This document shows, piece after piece, positions 24,770-37,589 of a DNA stretch of 64,000 nt. Source of the DNA: Camelus dromedarius (taxonomy: Eukaryota); the NCBI RefSeq assembly GCF_036321535.1, contig NC_087437.1:84508001-84572000 (forward strand). Reading direction: 5' to 3'. Under the pieces are notes generated by a model that saw only the letters and a program-made list of their open reading frames with translations, had not been told where the DNA came from and searched no databases. The translations under genes and the position numbers were made by a program. The first letter of the stretch is position 1. The number at the start of each line of letters is the position of its first letter.

Positions 24770-26045
24770 GTTTGCATTCCCCAGTCTTTCTACTTGATTT
24801 ACACTCACACCCTATAAGTAATCAATTTAATTACTTCATGCCATTTTTTTCCACACCATTGAGCAGATATGTATTTTTTTCTCCCTTCTTTCTTATGTAA
24901 AACTAGTGTATCATACATATGAATTTGTACTTTGCTTTTCACTTAACAATATATCCTGGATGTCACTCCATATTTGTACATAGAGATCTCTTCATTTTTC
25001 ACAGATGCATAGGACTCCATTGTGTTGGTTCCATAATTTATTCAACTATTCTTTTAGGTATGGGCATTTGAATTGTTTCTAAAACTTTGCAATTAAAAAT
25101 AATGAGGCTATGAATAGCCTGCTACATATGCATTTTTGTCTTGGGGGTGTGTATAATCAGAGTAAATCCCTAAAAATAGTAATCCTGGATCAAAAGATAA
25201 GTAATTATATTAGTTTATTGGATATTTCCTTCCAGAAAGTTTCCAGCATTTGCCTTTCCAGCAACAAATATAAGAATGTCAGGTTTCCTATAGTCTTGCC
25301 AAAAGAATGGGATGTCATTCTTTTTCATTTTCACCAAGCTGTTAAATGAGAAATATTAATGAGGTTTTAATTTATATTTTTTAATTAAGAGTGAGGATGA
25401 ATATCTTTACACACATTTAAGGGCTATTTTTATACCTTTAATGTGAATTTTTTGTGTGCTTTTTCCCTAATTTTCTATTGGGTTTTTTTTGCCTGTAATC
25501 CCTAATTTTTAAGAGTTCTTTACCTACTAAAAACATTAACCTTTTACTTGTTGTATATATCTCAAGCTTGCAGTATATAATTTCATATTGGTCAGTTGTC
25601 TTTTGACTTCATCTATGGTATTTTTTTTTTTTTTGGCTGAGAAATTTACTGCCATTTTTAAGAATAGTTAGTAGCTTATTGTCTCTTGGTTTTGAATTAT
25701 AGTTAGAAAGTCTTTCTCTGACATCAAAATTACAGAGAAATTCATACAGTTTTTCCTAGTACTTGTATGGCTCCATTTTAAAAAAAAATTAAATTGATGG
25801 TCCATTTTGAATTAAGTTTTTGAATATGGTGGTGAAGTACAGATGTAATTTTATATTTTCTCAGATGGCTAACCAATTGTCCTGCAACACATATTAAAAT
25901 GTCCTTCTTTGCCTTATTAATTTGAAATGCCACCTTTATCATATAATATAAACTTCCAGTATGTACTTGTATCTATTTCTGGACTTTTATTCTAGTCCAA
26001 TGATCTGTTTTTCTATTCATGAGCCAGTACCACACAGTTTTAGTT
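24770..26045 (-). mobile_element. Ancient L1 (L1ME-like) 3' UTR plus ORF2 end
   Basis: 'ttgcttttcacttaacaatatatcctgga', 'tctggacttttattctagtccaatgatctg...gccagtaccacacagttt'. Confidence 0.8.
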
Positions 26046-26081
26046 AATAATCACTCAACATAATATTTTTGATATTGATCC

Positions 26082-26128
26082 AGTTTGTGGCATCTATCAA
26101 TAGTTTGTGGCATCTATCAATAGTTTGT
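26082..26128 (+). repeat. 20-bp perfect tandem duplication (agtttgtggcatctatcaat x2.35)
   Basis: Direct inspection. Confidence 0.97.
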
Positions 26129-27051
26129 CTTTTTTTATTCCCAAAAATATTCCATTGTATGAATATATCATGAATGTTTAGCCGTTTTCCCATTGATGGA
26201 CACCTAGAATGTTCAAGTTTGGTTACTTTGAATAAAGTTACTAGGAACATTATTGTAGAAATCTTTCTGAGGATATCTATTTCAAATTATTTGAGTAAAT
26301 ACCTAGGAGTGGAATTACTGTGATATGAAATAATAATTTTTGTTTGTTTTAATTTAGAGTTTTTTAAAAAACATTTTAAAATAAATTGCCAGACATTTTC
26401 CAAACTTGGTTTGCCATTTTACAATTTAACCAACAATATGTGAAAGTTCTGATTGCTCTACAACTTTGCCAATATTTGATAATACTAGGCTATTTTTTTT
26501 TTTCTTTTGTGATGACTGTGGAGTGAGATGTCACTGTGGATTTATTTTTTCATTTCTCTCATATCTCATGCTCAGAAATAATGCTGAGCATTTTTCAGAT
26601 GTTTATAACAGTTTGTATGTCCTCCTTGTTGAAGTATCTTTAAAAAATTTTTCCTTTTCAAAAAAAAATTGAGGTTTTTATACTTCCGTATATATCCTGG
26701 ATGCCAACCTTTTGTCAGCTATATGTTCTGTGAATACTTTTCCAAGTCTTTGGATTATCTTTCCTTTTTTTTTTAAATGTCATCTTTTGATATTATCACT
26801 TTGAGCTCTCTCTCATAGACCTTTGTCTATACACAGTAATTATGACATTATCATGCACTTTCCTCTAAAAGCTTTACAGATTTAATTTTCCAGTCTATGA
26901 TCCATTTCAAATTAATTGTTGCTTATGATCTTCGTTGGGAGTCAAGGTTCACTTTTATTTTACAGACAGTCAATACTTTCAGCACTACTGTAAATTCTTT
27001 CCTTTAACTATTGCATTGTTTTGGTATCTTTGTTATAAAACAAATAACTGA

Positions 27052-27350
27052 CGAAATGGGGAGATGAACAAAGAGTATAAACTTCCAGCTATAAAATGAA
27101 TAAGTTCTGGATATCTAATGTACAGCCTGGAGATTATAATTAATAACATTGAATTATATACCTGAGAAGAGAGTAGACCTTAAGTGTTTTCACCACAGGA
27201 AAATATGATAATTATCTGAGGTAATGAAGGTGTTGGCTAATACTGTAGTATTAATCATTTTGTAGTATATGTGTATCGAATCAACCCATTGTATACCTTC
27301 ATCTTACACAATGTTACACGTCAATTATATCTCAATAAAACTGGACAAAA
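27052..27350 (+). mobile_element. 5'-truncated L1 3' end (L1MA9-like) with diverged TSD
   Basis: 'aaagagtataaacttccagctataaaatgaataagttctgg...caattatatctcaataaaactgg'. Flanks are aaaacaaataactg and aaaatccaaatgactg. Confidence 0.88.
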
Positions 27351-28011
27351 ATCCAAATGACTGGAAAAATGTGGATATAGTTCTGGGCTCTCAATTGTGT
27401 TCTATTGATCTGTTTGTCAATTCTTATGCTGGTACCACACTGTTTTGATTACTGTAGCTTATAATAAGCCTTGAAGCCAGGCAGTATAAGTCCTCCAACT
27501 TTATCCTTATTTTTTAGTGTTGCTTTAAGATTCCTTTTTATCCATGCAAATTTCAGAATTGGTTTGCCGAGTTCTTGGGGAAAAAAAAAATCTATTGAGA
27601 TTATGATTAGCATTCTGCTGCATCTATTAGATCAATATGGAATTTATATCTTAAGTATATTATATATATTAATTTTCAAACATGGCATACCTCTCCATTT
27701 GTTTGTCTGTTAATTTCTCTTAGGAATGTCTTGTATTTTTCACTTTAGAGATCTCAAATATGTTTGCCTAAATTTATTCATTATATATTTTATGTCTGTT
27801 GAATACTACTGTAAATGAAAATTTAAAACTAATTTATTTTACCATTATTAGATAATGAAAATAAATATATACTTTTTAATTTTTATGTGAACTATATACC
27901 TTAAGAGCATGTTAAATTCACTTATTAGTTCTACTGATAGTTTTGTTAATTTCTTCAGATTTACGTCATACACAATTGCTGTCTGCAAAAAGGGGCAATC
28001 TGTTTTCTTTC

Positions 28012-28231
28012 TTTCTTTGTTTGTTTCCAAAAAAATTTTTTTATTGGAGTGTAGTTGATTTACTGTGTTAGTTTCAGGTATACAGCAAAATAATTCAGTT
28101 ATACATATACATACGTATATATACTTTTTTTCAGATTCTTTTCCATCATATGTTATCACAAGAAATTGAATATAGTTCCCTGTGTGATATAGTAGATCCT
28201 TGTTTTTTATCTATTATATATAGTAACATGT
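28012..28231 (-). mobile_element. Short artiodactyl-type L1 3' end
   Basis: 'ttttattggagtgtagttgatttac...tatagttccctgtgtgatatagtagatcc'. TSD-like tctgtt(tt)ctttc on both sides. Confidence 0.85.
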
Positions 28232-28700
28232 GTCTGTTCTTTCTTTTTCATACCTTTTACTTATTTTTCTTGTTTAATTGTAATGCCCAGGAACTTCAGT
28301 ACAATGTTGAATAAAAGTGGTGAGAATAGACATCTTTGCTTTGTTCTTCATCTTGGGAAGGGAGGAGAATTATTCAACAGTTAACTTTTAATGACAAAGT
28401 TGACTGTAAGTTTTACATGCAGGGTCCTTTATTAATTGAAGGAAGCTTTTATCTAGACCTTAAAGTCTGTTTATATCATGGGTAGATACTACTTTTTGAC
28501 AAATTCCAATGACCATATGAAATTTCCCCTGTACACTTTTAATAGTATTCCTCACAAGCACAGATTTTCAAATTTTAAGTTTCTTATCCTTTTTTGTTTT
28601 TTAACTGGATTTTTTTGTTTTTGGTAACATCTTGTAAAGTAGTTTTGCAACAACATTCACGAAGACTATTGGTCTGAAATTTTATTCTAATATCTGTTAC

Positions 28701-29697
28701 TTTTTTTTTTGAAGTATAGTCGCTTTACAGTGTTGTGTTAATTTCTGGTGTACAATATAGTGATTCAGTTATACATATATATCCCTTTTAATATTCTTTT
28801 TCATTATTGGCTATTATAGGGTACTTAACATAGTTCCCTGTGCTATACAGTAGGACCTTGCTGTTTATCTATTTTATATACAGTAGTTAGTATCTGCAAA
28901 TCTTGAACTACCAGTTTATCCCTCCACCCTCTTCCCCTTGGTAACCCATAGAAAAAAATTTCTCTTCTATATCTATCAGTCTGTTTTTGTTTTGTAAATA
29001 AGTTCATTTGTCTCATTTTTTTTAGATACCACATATAAGTGATAGCGTATAGTATTTTTCTTTCTCTTTCTCACTTATTTCACTTAGGATGACAATTTCC
29101 AGGTCCATCCATGTTGCTGCAAATGGCATTTTACTCTTTTTTATGGCTGAGTAGTATTCCATTGTACATACATTCCACATCTACAGATGATATGATACTA
29201 TGTATAACAAACTCTAAAGACTCCACACAAAAACTATTAGAGTTGATAGATGAATTCAGCAAGGTAGCAGAATACAAGATTAACATATAGAAATCTGCTG
29301 CATTTCTTTATACTAACAATGAAATATCAAAAAAGGAAAGTAAAAAGGAAATCCCTTTTAAAATTGTATATAAAAAATAAAATACTTCAGAATAAACCTT
29401 ATCAATGAGGTGAAAAACTTACATGCAGAGAGGTATAAAATATTGATTAAGAAAATTAAAGATGATTTAAAGAAATGAAAAGATAGACCATGGTCTTGGA
29501 TTAGAAGAATGAATATTGTTAAAATGGACATACTGCCCAAATCAATCTACAGATTTAATGTGATCCCTATCAAATTACCCAGGACATTTTTCATAGAACT
29601 AGAACAAATAATCCTAAAAGTTTATATAGAATCACAAAAGATCCAGAATTGCCAATGTAATACTGAAGAAAAAGAATAAAGATGGAGGAATAACCCT
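28701..29697 (-). mobile_element. L1 with 5' inversion (minus-strand 3' end 28701-~29182, plus-strand ORF2 RT segment ~29183-29697)
   Basis: Poly(T) plus antisense 3' UTR up to 'ccacatct', then sense 'acagatgatatgatactatgtata' (DDMIL, RT catalytic motif) through 'ggaggaataaccct' (GGITL). Confidence 0.9.
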
Positions 29698-29714
29698 ATA
29701 TTTATGCTTATTTT

Positions 29715-29850
29715 CTCTTCAGTGTCACACAAGCCACATAAGAACATATTTTTTATTTGTTTTATTTACTGTTCTTTCCCTACTACCTTGATTAGTGAAA
29801 TGCACTCAGTAGGTCCTCAATAAATATTAATATATTTAGGAATGAATGAG
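29715..29850 (+). mobile_element. L2 3' terminus
   Basis: 'gcactcagtaggtcctcaataaatattaatatatttaggaatgaatga'. Confidence 0.65.
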
Positions 29851-31199
29851 ACCCATGTAGATCTCCTTGATGGCAGTTCTTCATTCTGGGATCCTGTCCA
29901 TTACTTTTAATAGAGTCCCTGCCAGTTTCTATGTGTTCCTGACTTTTGGCTTCATATATAATCTTTTTCTATAAGGGAAAATACAATTATCTTCCATAAT
30001 TTATCTCACCTTCAAATACTAGTCATTTCCTATCAGATCTGTCTCACCATTTTACCTATAATGACTATGTAAGAATGACTGAGTAGTGATTGTTATGGCT
30101 ATATGAACTACCAATAACATTATTTAATTATAGTGTCTTAAAGTGATTAAGATCATAGACCCAGGAAAAAAGAGTTTTTCCAGATTTTATTTTGTTTATA
30201 AACTAAAACTTTGGTGATTTAGCCTTTAAGTTTTATATTGCTATAATAATCTCATAAAATTTTAAATATGTTTAGAGAGAATAAAATCTCTTACTTTAAT
30301 GAATGAACCTATTTTCTGTTCAAAAGACAATATATAACATCATACGATCATAATTTTATTGTTTCCAGTATTATACATTTTTCCTTGAAATATAATCTGT
30401 ATTCTGAATAATAAACCAAGTACTCCCCCTGAAATACTCAAAATATACTTACTTCTCTACTAATCATAAGATGTTTTGACAGGTCCATGTTTTATGAGCT
30501 GAGTGAGGCCACAGTACACCAGGATCTATAAAGTAAAGCATTCTCTGTGGGGGCACATATATTTCATATAATGTGGCATAATTTATTCTTTTCCATTGTG
30601 AAAAGACATTCTGGCACAACTACTCACCAACGTATAAAACACTGAAACAGGCAAGTTGACATTTTTACTAGAGTTCTATGATCCCATAATTTTTTTCCTT
30701 GGCAGTACTTCCACTCAAGATCTTTAAAAGGTCTAATTTTTTTCTTAAATAATTGCTTCCCCTTAACGTATTACTAATATTGGAGCATAAAATAATGTAT
30801 AAATAATTTTGACCTTTTCTCGCAAGGTCTGGTGGGACTTGGCAAGCTGTTTTAGAGTTAATAAATGTTACAACCTTTCTTTGTTACAAAGTGGTAAATA
30901 GGAATACTTTTTCTAAAACTTCTATATTTTGTGAGGCGGGGCAGAAGAAACTATTGGATCTAAGTAGAAAATTTTTTCTAGAAACTAAGTCTATCATTAT
31001 TCTAGTAAATTATATTATTATAAAGAAGTATCAATGAGAAATATTTTAAAATTTAAGCTGCACTGCTAATACAATCAGTTCTCTATTATTTGAATTATAC
31101 ACTATAGAATACTAAAGAGACTAAACTATATTTTGGTATTTCTTGCTGCTGGCTTGACATTTTCTCTTTCAAAATTTCAAGTGGTACAGTTTAGAGAAT

Positions 31200-31830
31200 T
31201 CATTTTGGCTCAAAGTGTGTATTAAGTACCTAATAAGCACAAGGTATTGTCAATCACATTTCCTTCCTTCAAGCAGATAAATATGTGGTGGGACTAATAA
31301 CGAAGCAAGCAAGCAAAACACTGGAATACTGGGTAGAATAAGGGGTTATAAACCAAACAGATTCTGACTAATTTAACATTCCATTTGGTTAAGAGGATTA
31401 GGAACAGTTTCCTGGGGTGGTATCTAAATTAGGATAGGGCGTTGAAAGGCTGAATTGGTGACTGAAAGCTGTGATGTAGGATGCATCAAAAGTAGGGGAT
31501 TAAGAGGGTAGCTACAGAGTACAGAGAGAGATAACATTACAGTAGATACAGCAGGGAGATAATGCCGGACTAGGATAAGGTAGAGTGTAAACAGGAAAGT
31601 GAATTTCAATTGACATGATAAATGATGAAAAGTTAACAATGCCAAACTGGTTTTAAGTCAGTTTGACTTGAAAAGCAGTGGTGCCAGTAACAGTCAGAAG
31701 GAGGGAGAAAGATGATGTTAGATGTGTTCAACAGGAAGTTGGAAATTATAATCTGGGATTTGAGAGAGATCAGGAATTGATTTGTTAATTCCTACAAAGT
31801 TTGTGTTTAAATTTATGAGAATTGCTAGGA
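31200..31830 (-). mobile_element. L2 fragment
   Basis: 'tattaagtacctaataagcacaaggtattg', 'ggggtggtatctaaattagg', 'tctgggatttgagagagatcagg'. Confidence 0.6.
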
Positions 31831-31849
31831 TGGAAACTTAACGAGAAGA

Positions 31850-31937
31850 TACACACACACACACACAAAGAGAATATATATAAATATATATTTATAAATA
31901 TATAAAAATATATTTATAAATATATATATTTATAAAT
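31850..31937. repeat. (CA)n followed by AT-only palindromic low-complexity tract
   Basis: Perfect 26-bp palindrome atttataaatatatatatttataaat at 31912-31937. Confidence 0.9.
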
Positions 31938-32369
31938 TGAACAAACAAAAGTTGAAATAAGACCAACATAAAATAAACACCTGTAGCCTTAGTTTCTCCA
32001 TTCCTCACTGGCATATTTTCATTGAGTCTTCTTGTGCTGCTTAGCATGGATCAGAGTCCAGGCATCAGAGATTTTTCTCCTGTGAACCACCTTGGTTCTC
32101 TTGGATAGGGAAGTCTCCCTTCTGCCTGTAAATATGGCTGCACCTGTGAAGCTTAGCTGTTACTTCAGTGTTACTCAACACTGTATTGACCTCTCCCACA
32201 GCGCCTCAGAATCACCTGCTTACCTGGTACTCACAGCCCTCTGGGAAACATTGCTCACACCCTCAACACTTAAAGCTGAAAGTAGACATTAATCTGCATC
32301 AAAGTGACAGGTTGATGTGGGGCTAGGCTTCACCAAATTCTCTTTCTTTTTTTTTATTCTGGGCTCATG

Positions 32370-32630
32370 GGAATCCTTGATTTCCAGCTTCCCCTGTTAT
32401 TAATTGAGACACAATGATGTAATTACAAGTGGAAGTGACGTAAGGCACTTCTGGGCCAAAGCAGTTAAGAACTAGAATGCCTTCCTGAGGCTTCTTCTTC
32501 TCCCCAACATTACAACCCAGGAGATCATGTGATCCAAATATTCTAGCTGTAAATTGGAGAAAGACTTTCCAACCACATCAGACAGATTTCTGTGTTTATC
32601 TGTTACACAGCACAGCCTAGCTTATCTTGA
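32370..32630 (+). mobile_element. MLT1 (I/J-like) LTR fragment
   Basis: 'gtggaagtgacgtaaggcacttctgggccaaagcagttaaga' and 'tgttacacagcacagcctagcttatcttga'. Confidence 0.7.
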
Positions 32631-33779
32631 AAGGCATATGGGGAAGCATTCTTTTTCCTTTTTTAGTAATATTATTGGAAAGACCTCAAAAAAGTTCTGT
32701 GTATACCCAAAGGTTTTAAAGAGTTCAGTACATAATCTTTTTCAGCTTTTCATTCCTGTTCTTTGCCTGCAGTAGGACTGAGAGGTAAATCCATTGAGGG
32801 CTAAGCTAAGTATTAAATCTGTGATAGTTATTGTATTTTCTGCAAAATTTCTCTTTAACTCAGAAGGCTAAGGCTTGACATTGGGTCAAGTTTGTCATGT
32901 CTGTCGTCTCCTACCCGAAGACCTCTCTGTATAAATAGAACTTTCTTAAGAGATTAATCAGGCATGTCCATAAATGCCTGGATCTTAGTAGCAAACAGGG
33001 TCTGGGCACAATATATCTTTGCGTCATAAAGAGAAGCAGATTTACAGACATGAACACTGGTAAATGAAAAGTTTGAATAAATTGCATAATAGCTAGGTCT
33101 CTAAGGTCTTCTTAACACTTGTGAAATTAGACATTGCATGTTAAAGTATTCATGATTTTTTGGTTGAGATAACTTGAAAAACATTTTTCTTTCATTCGGT
33201 GAATAAGACAGTAATGGAAAATACTGCAAATAAAGATTGACATATGTGTCCTAGAATTATATGGACTATTTTACCAGTAGTTTTTATTGTATATGGTTAG
33301 CATTTAAGTTTGAGTTAAATTTATGTTCCCAGATTTAAATCTTATAATTTTCCTTTTTCATTTGTGAGAATATGAGAGTACATTGAACGTAATATTTAGT
33401 ATTTAAATTTTTTTTGTGTTAAGAGCATCACATTGCTCCTTGTTAATAATCATTTGAATTTGACATTAATCAGAGCAGTTCCAGTAATTTTCTGATTAAG
33501 ATAAATTTCAGATAGTCAAAGCATTTTCTTTTCTCTTTGATGAAGAGGATTATGGGTTTAATCTTGATTGGTAATTTTGAAACTCATCTTAAAAGATTTC
33601 TCTGGAGTAAAGCATCTATTTTCCTTTCATTCTTTCCTTCTGGTTACTTTAGAGAATGGAGCTCTCATCTGTTATCCCTTTCCTAGTTTTGACTCTCCCG
33701 TCTTTCTCCTACTGTATCTCATGTCTTCTTACATAATAGTACCCATAAATATATTTTGGGTTTTGGAACGGAGATTATG

Positions 33780-34780
33780 TCATATTATTCTTTCTATCCC
33801 TCATGTATATAACAATGCCTGACAAATGGAGGTCCTTAATACATTTTTAAAAAAAATGAGTGGGTGAGTTATCACATGCATGAATGAAACTTGGAACACT
33901 ATTTAGGGATCCTTATGTCATCAACAATCACTTCTGCATTTAGAGTAAATCTATTACTCTAAAACAGCTTGGGGAATCTAGGGCTAGCTCAAACTCTTCT
34001 GACCGCCACTCATAGAACCGTTTCATTATAACATTGGTTAAACTTGGACAAGCCTGGAGAAGATACATTAAAGCTGTTACGAATTCCAGTTGAATTTGAA
34101 TAATTTTTACTAACATGTCACTGTAGTGGCCTCACTTTAACAACCTCACAGAATTTATTTCCTGAAATCAATATTGCGTTCTTTGAACATAGTCTCCTAT
34201 TTTTGCTGCTCTATTAGTCTCTCAACATCAATAGCTGTCTTTGCAGTTTCATCAAGATCTCCAATTCCTTTTTGTGTTCTTTCAGTTTGAACATTTTTCT
34301 TTTCGATCCAGCACAGATCCCATCACCAATGACATCAGTCTCTTGCTCTTGTTATACTTGATTCTGTTGCCCTTTCTATCCTGTTGTTGCAGGTGTTCTG
34401 CAAACCTCAAGCAAATATGCATGTCTACTCCAAGGTAGTAATTTTAATTTTTTTTTTGTATAGAGTAATAAGTGTGTGCCTAAATTCAACTAAAAATATT
34501 TTAATTTCATGAGTTCTATCCTCTACTGACCTAGATTCTCAGTACCTTTTATTTTTTTCTTTGAGTGTTTTAATCTGATTATTTTCTCTTTACTTTCATC
34601 ATAAAATCTTTCTTCCTGAATATGTCATTAGGCAAATATTCTTTCTTCATTCAGTCATCAACTTTTCTTTATATTTACTGTATTTGCTCTACTTTCAGTA
34701 GGAAAAAAATGTCCCTTTCCTTTAGTTAAAACAAATATATCCACTTTTATTTTGGATGCAGTTTCTTCCTGCATTACATC
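33780..34780 (+). mobile_element. L2 fragments
   Basis: 3' tail 'aacaatgcctgacaaatggaggtccttaatacattt', followed by pyrimidine-rich L2-like ORF remnants. Confidence 0.5.
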
Positions 34781-35879
34781 ATATAGTTCTATGAGATTCT
34801 ATCTATGAAAGAAATTCAGTCTTTTAAAAATTATTTTAACAATTATATAATAGAGCTAAACTTGAAAATTAGAATGTGTGAATTTGAAAGCTAGACACGT
34901 ATCATTCATAGAGATAGAAATTATTTTAGGTATCAAATATATGGGGAATACTTAATTTTTATGAGTTAGAGTGAGGCCTCGCCTCCAGACTGCATCTATG
35001 GAGCAAATGAACCAGGCTACAGTAAATGAACACATTGATTAGTTTCAGTATTGCCATTTGATCAAAAAGACATACTAGGATTTTTGCTAAATATTCTGGG
35101 AACGAAATTCTTGTGATTTTCCAACTGAACTTAAATGAGAAAGGATACAGAGCACTGCAATACAATATCTATCTTGAAAGCGTGAATGGAAAACTGGCTG
35201 AATTTTGAGAACTTTGGGAGAAAACAGGAGATGAGAGAGAGAAAATCTATTCCTGGTGGCATGACATATAATTTGAACACTTTTTAAATCCTGTCTTAAG
35301 CTGTTCTTAACATTTGACTTAGGTCATTTTGTACCTGTTGTTTGGAACTGAAAAAGAATCCGCTAATACAGTATTTAGTATGTAATGAATACTCATGTGT
35401 ACTTGAGATTAATTACTGATTATTTCAGTTGAATCTGTCTAATTGTGAACCATTGCCACTCAATTTTAACTACTATAATTTTATAATACTTAGTATCTGA
35501 TATATTATGACCCCTTTAAAACCTTTAAAAAAACAATTTCCTGGCTATTTACAAATGTTTATTTTACTAGGTAAAATTCATAAGCATTTGTTACATTTCC
35601 AAATTCTAGAAAAGCAATAACAAAAGGTAAGTAAACTAAGCAAAATAAGGAAATAAACAAACAGGATTTTGATAAAGATCACAATGGATTTCTATGTTGA
35701 TTTGTTAGAAATTTGTGTTTCCATAGAATGAGTTTTATATACTTATTTTAGTCTTCTTAACATTTCCCAGTGGATTTTTATGATATCTCTCCATATAGGT
35801 ATTTATATTTCTAGTATATTTTATTCTTACTGTTTTCATATACTGTTATTATAAATAAAATAAATTTTATTTATTAAAT

Positions 35880-36230
35880 TACTGAATTTAGGAAAACTGG
35901 GATTCATAGGAGGACTGATGAATGTATGTGAGAGTAAGAGAATGGGAGGCTTTAGTGTGTTTACACAGCTGAGAGCTCCTGGGTGAAAGGACTTAACAAT
36001 ACTGTTGTATCGTGCAACATAGAGTGGAGGGTTCAACTGAAAAAGACTCTGTCATGAGTTCCCTCCTCATGTTAATACATCATATTGAACAAAACTGCTT
36101 ATTACTCAAAGAAATTAAACAGGAATCAGTGGTGGCTGACCCTACATTGGGCAGGGTTGGAATGGGTGAAGTGTATCATTGCTTTTTTATTGAAAAAAGG
36201 ATAAAAAAGATCAAATGGGAATGGATATAA
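35880..36230 (-). mobile_element. L2 fragment
   Basis: Purine-rich antisense L2-like sequence ('gagagtaagagaatgggagg', 'ggatataagttgtagataatt'). Confidence 0.4.
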
Positions 36231-37589
36231 GTTGTAGATAATTGGGATCATGCCAGTTTTGTGAATTTAAAGACAGGGATACAGCAGAACTCTTGTTCCT
36301 CTCACTGATTTTTTAAATATTTCTGCAAATAAATTAGGTTCTCATAATTTCATATTTACTTTCTTGCCCTCTGTAACTGTCATATGAAGGGAAAGAAATA
36401 TTGGCGATGGTAGAGGTAGGGCTGGAGATCAAGAGTTTCTTATAAATTTTTAATTTGTTTTTTTAAAAGTATTTTTATGTATGTCATTTTAAGTAGTCTG
36501 TATTTCTAAAGATGGTAATAGAAATTTAAAAAGAAATTTCAGAAACACAAATATAAAATATGATGTATTTCTAAAGACTGTGATTAACATAAATTTTATA
36601 CATCAGCCTAATTCTCATCCCCATGTATGTTATCTCCTAAGTATCCAAGGGAATAAACTGAAAGTTAATATAAAAAGGACATCCATTCTTTAAGGAACCT
36701 CTAATTTATGTTGATTAAATATCAATGATTAATGAAGCAATAATATTTTTAATAAAATGAATGAGACTATACAGTTTATATTAATTTAAGCTTGACCATA
36801 ATGAAACAGATTTTCAAAAACATATTCACCATATTGAAGGAAATATTAAATCCAGTAAATTACAGACAAGTTATTTTGTTTTTACCTCTCTTTATTGAAG
36901 TAGAAATGTGGAATCATCTCTTATGGAATAAAGACATTTTAAAAACTATTAATCATTGTACAAAATGATATTAAAATATTTTCCAGTAATTTATGAAAGG
37001 AAATGTATAATAATGTTAAAAATCATGAGGAAATGCAAGGACATAATTTACTGATTTAAATTATCTCTTGACTTGCAGTAGAAATAGCCTTTAGTACAAT
37101 GATATTTAATGTGAGATTTCTAATTTGATAATTTTATATGTTAATATGTTAAAAAGGGTTTTTTTTTAAATTGACTTTGTTATAGTTTTCCATGGCTTCT
37201 ATTATTCAGATAATTCCCTGTTTTGAGTTTCCAGTACAAGAAAAATTTTGTTGCAAATGGGAAACTTATTTTTTAATCTTTCATATGTAATAGCCAATTT
37301 TGCTCCAAATTCTAGATATTTCATCTTTTATTTTCTCTGAATGAGTAAGCCTCAAGCGTTATTCTTAGCAAATTTAAAAGACCATAAAAGAGAGAATACA
37401 TGGGGAAGTGGACATTTCATCATGAAATCTAACCTTTGGAATTTCAGTGTAATGTAGAAACATGTTATGGAGGTAATTTGATTTCAGGGTAGTATATATA
37501 TGAAAGAAATTCCAGTTAACAGAGAGCATGAAACAAAAATTATAATGTCCTCATGTTTCTGATTTCTTGAGCTGTATTCATAAATGTAA

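Larger units (their letters stand above)
26050..28640 (-). mobile_element. Second ancient L1 copy (3' UTR through ORF2) with nested younger L1s
   Basis: Restarts at 3' UTR 'tcactcaacataatatttttga' and runs through ORF2 'ttgattactgtagcttataataagccttgaa', 'ccaggaacttcagtacaatgttgaataaaagtggtgaga'. Confidence 0.8.

Noticed and set aside
26082..26128. Direct repeats as a CRISPR-like array
   Set aside because: No spacers, only ~2 units, eukaryotic context. A simple tandem duplication.
34393..34434. 42-nt in-frame exon-like unit (ttgcag|GTG...AAG|gtagta)
   Set aside because: Weak donor, embedded in L2-like sequence, and the peptide is unrecognised.
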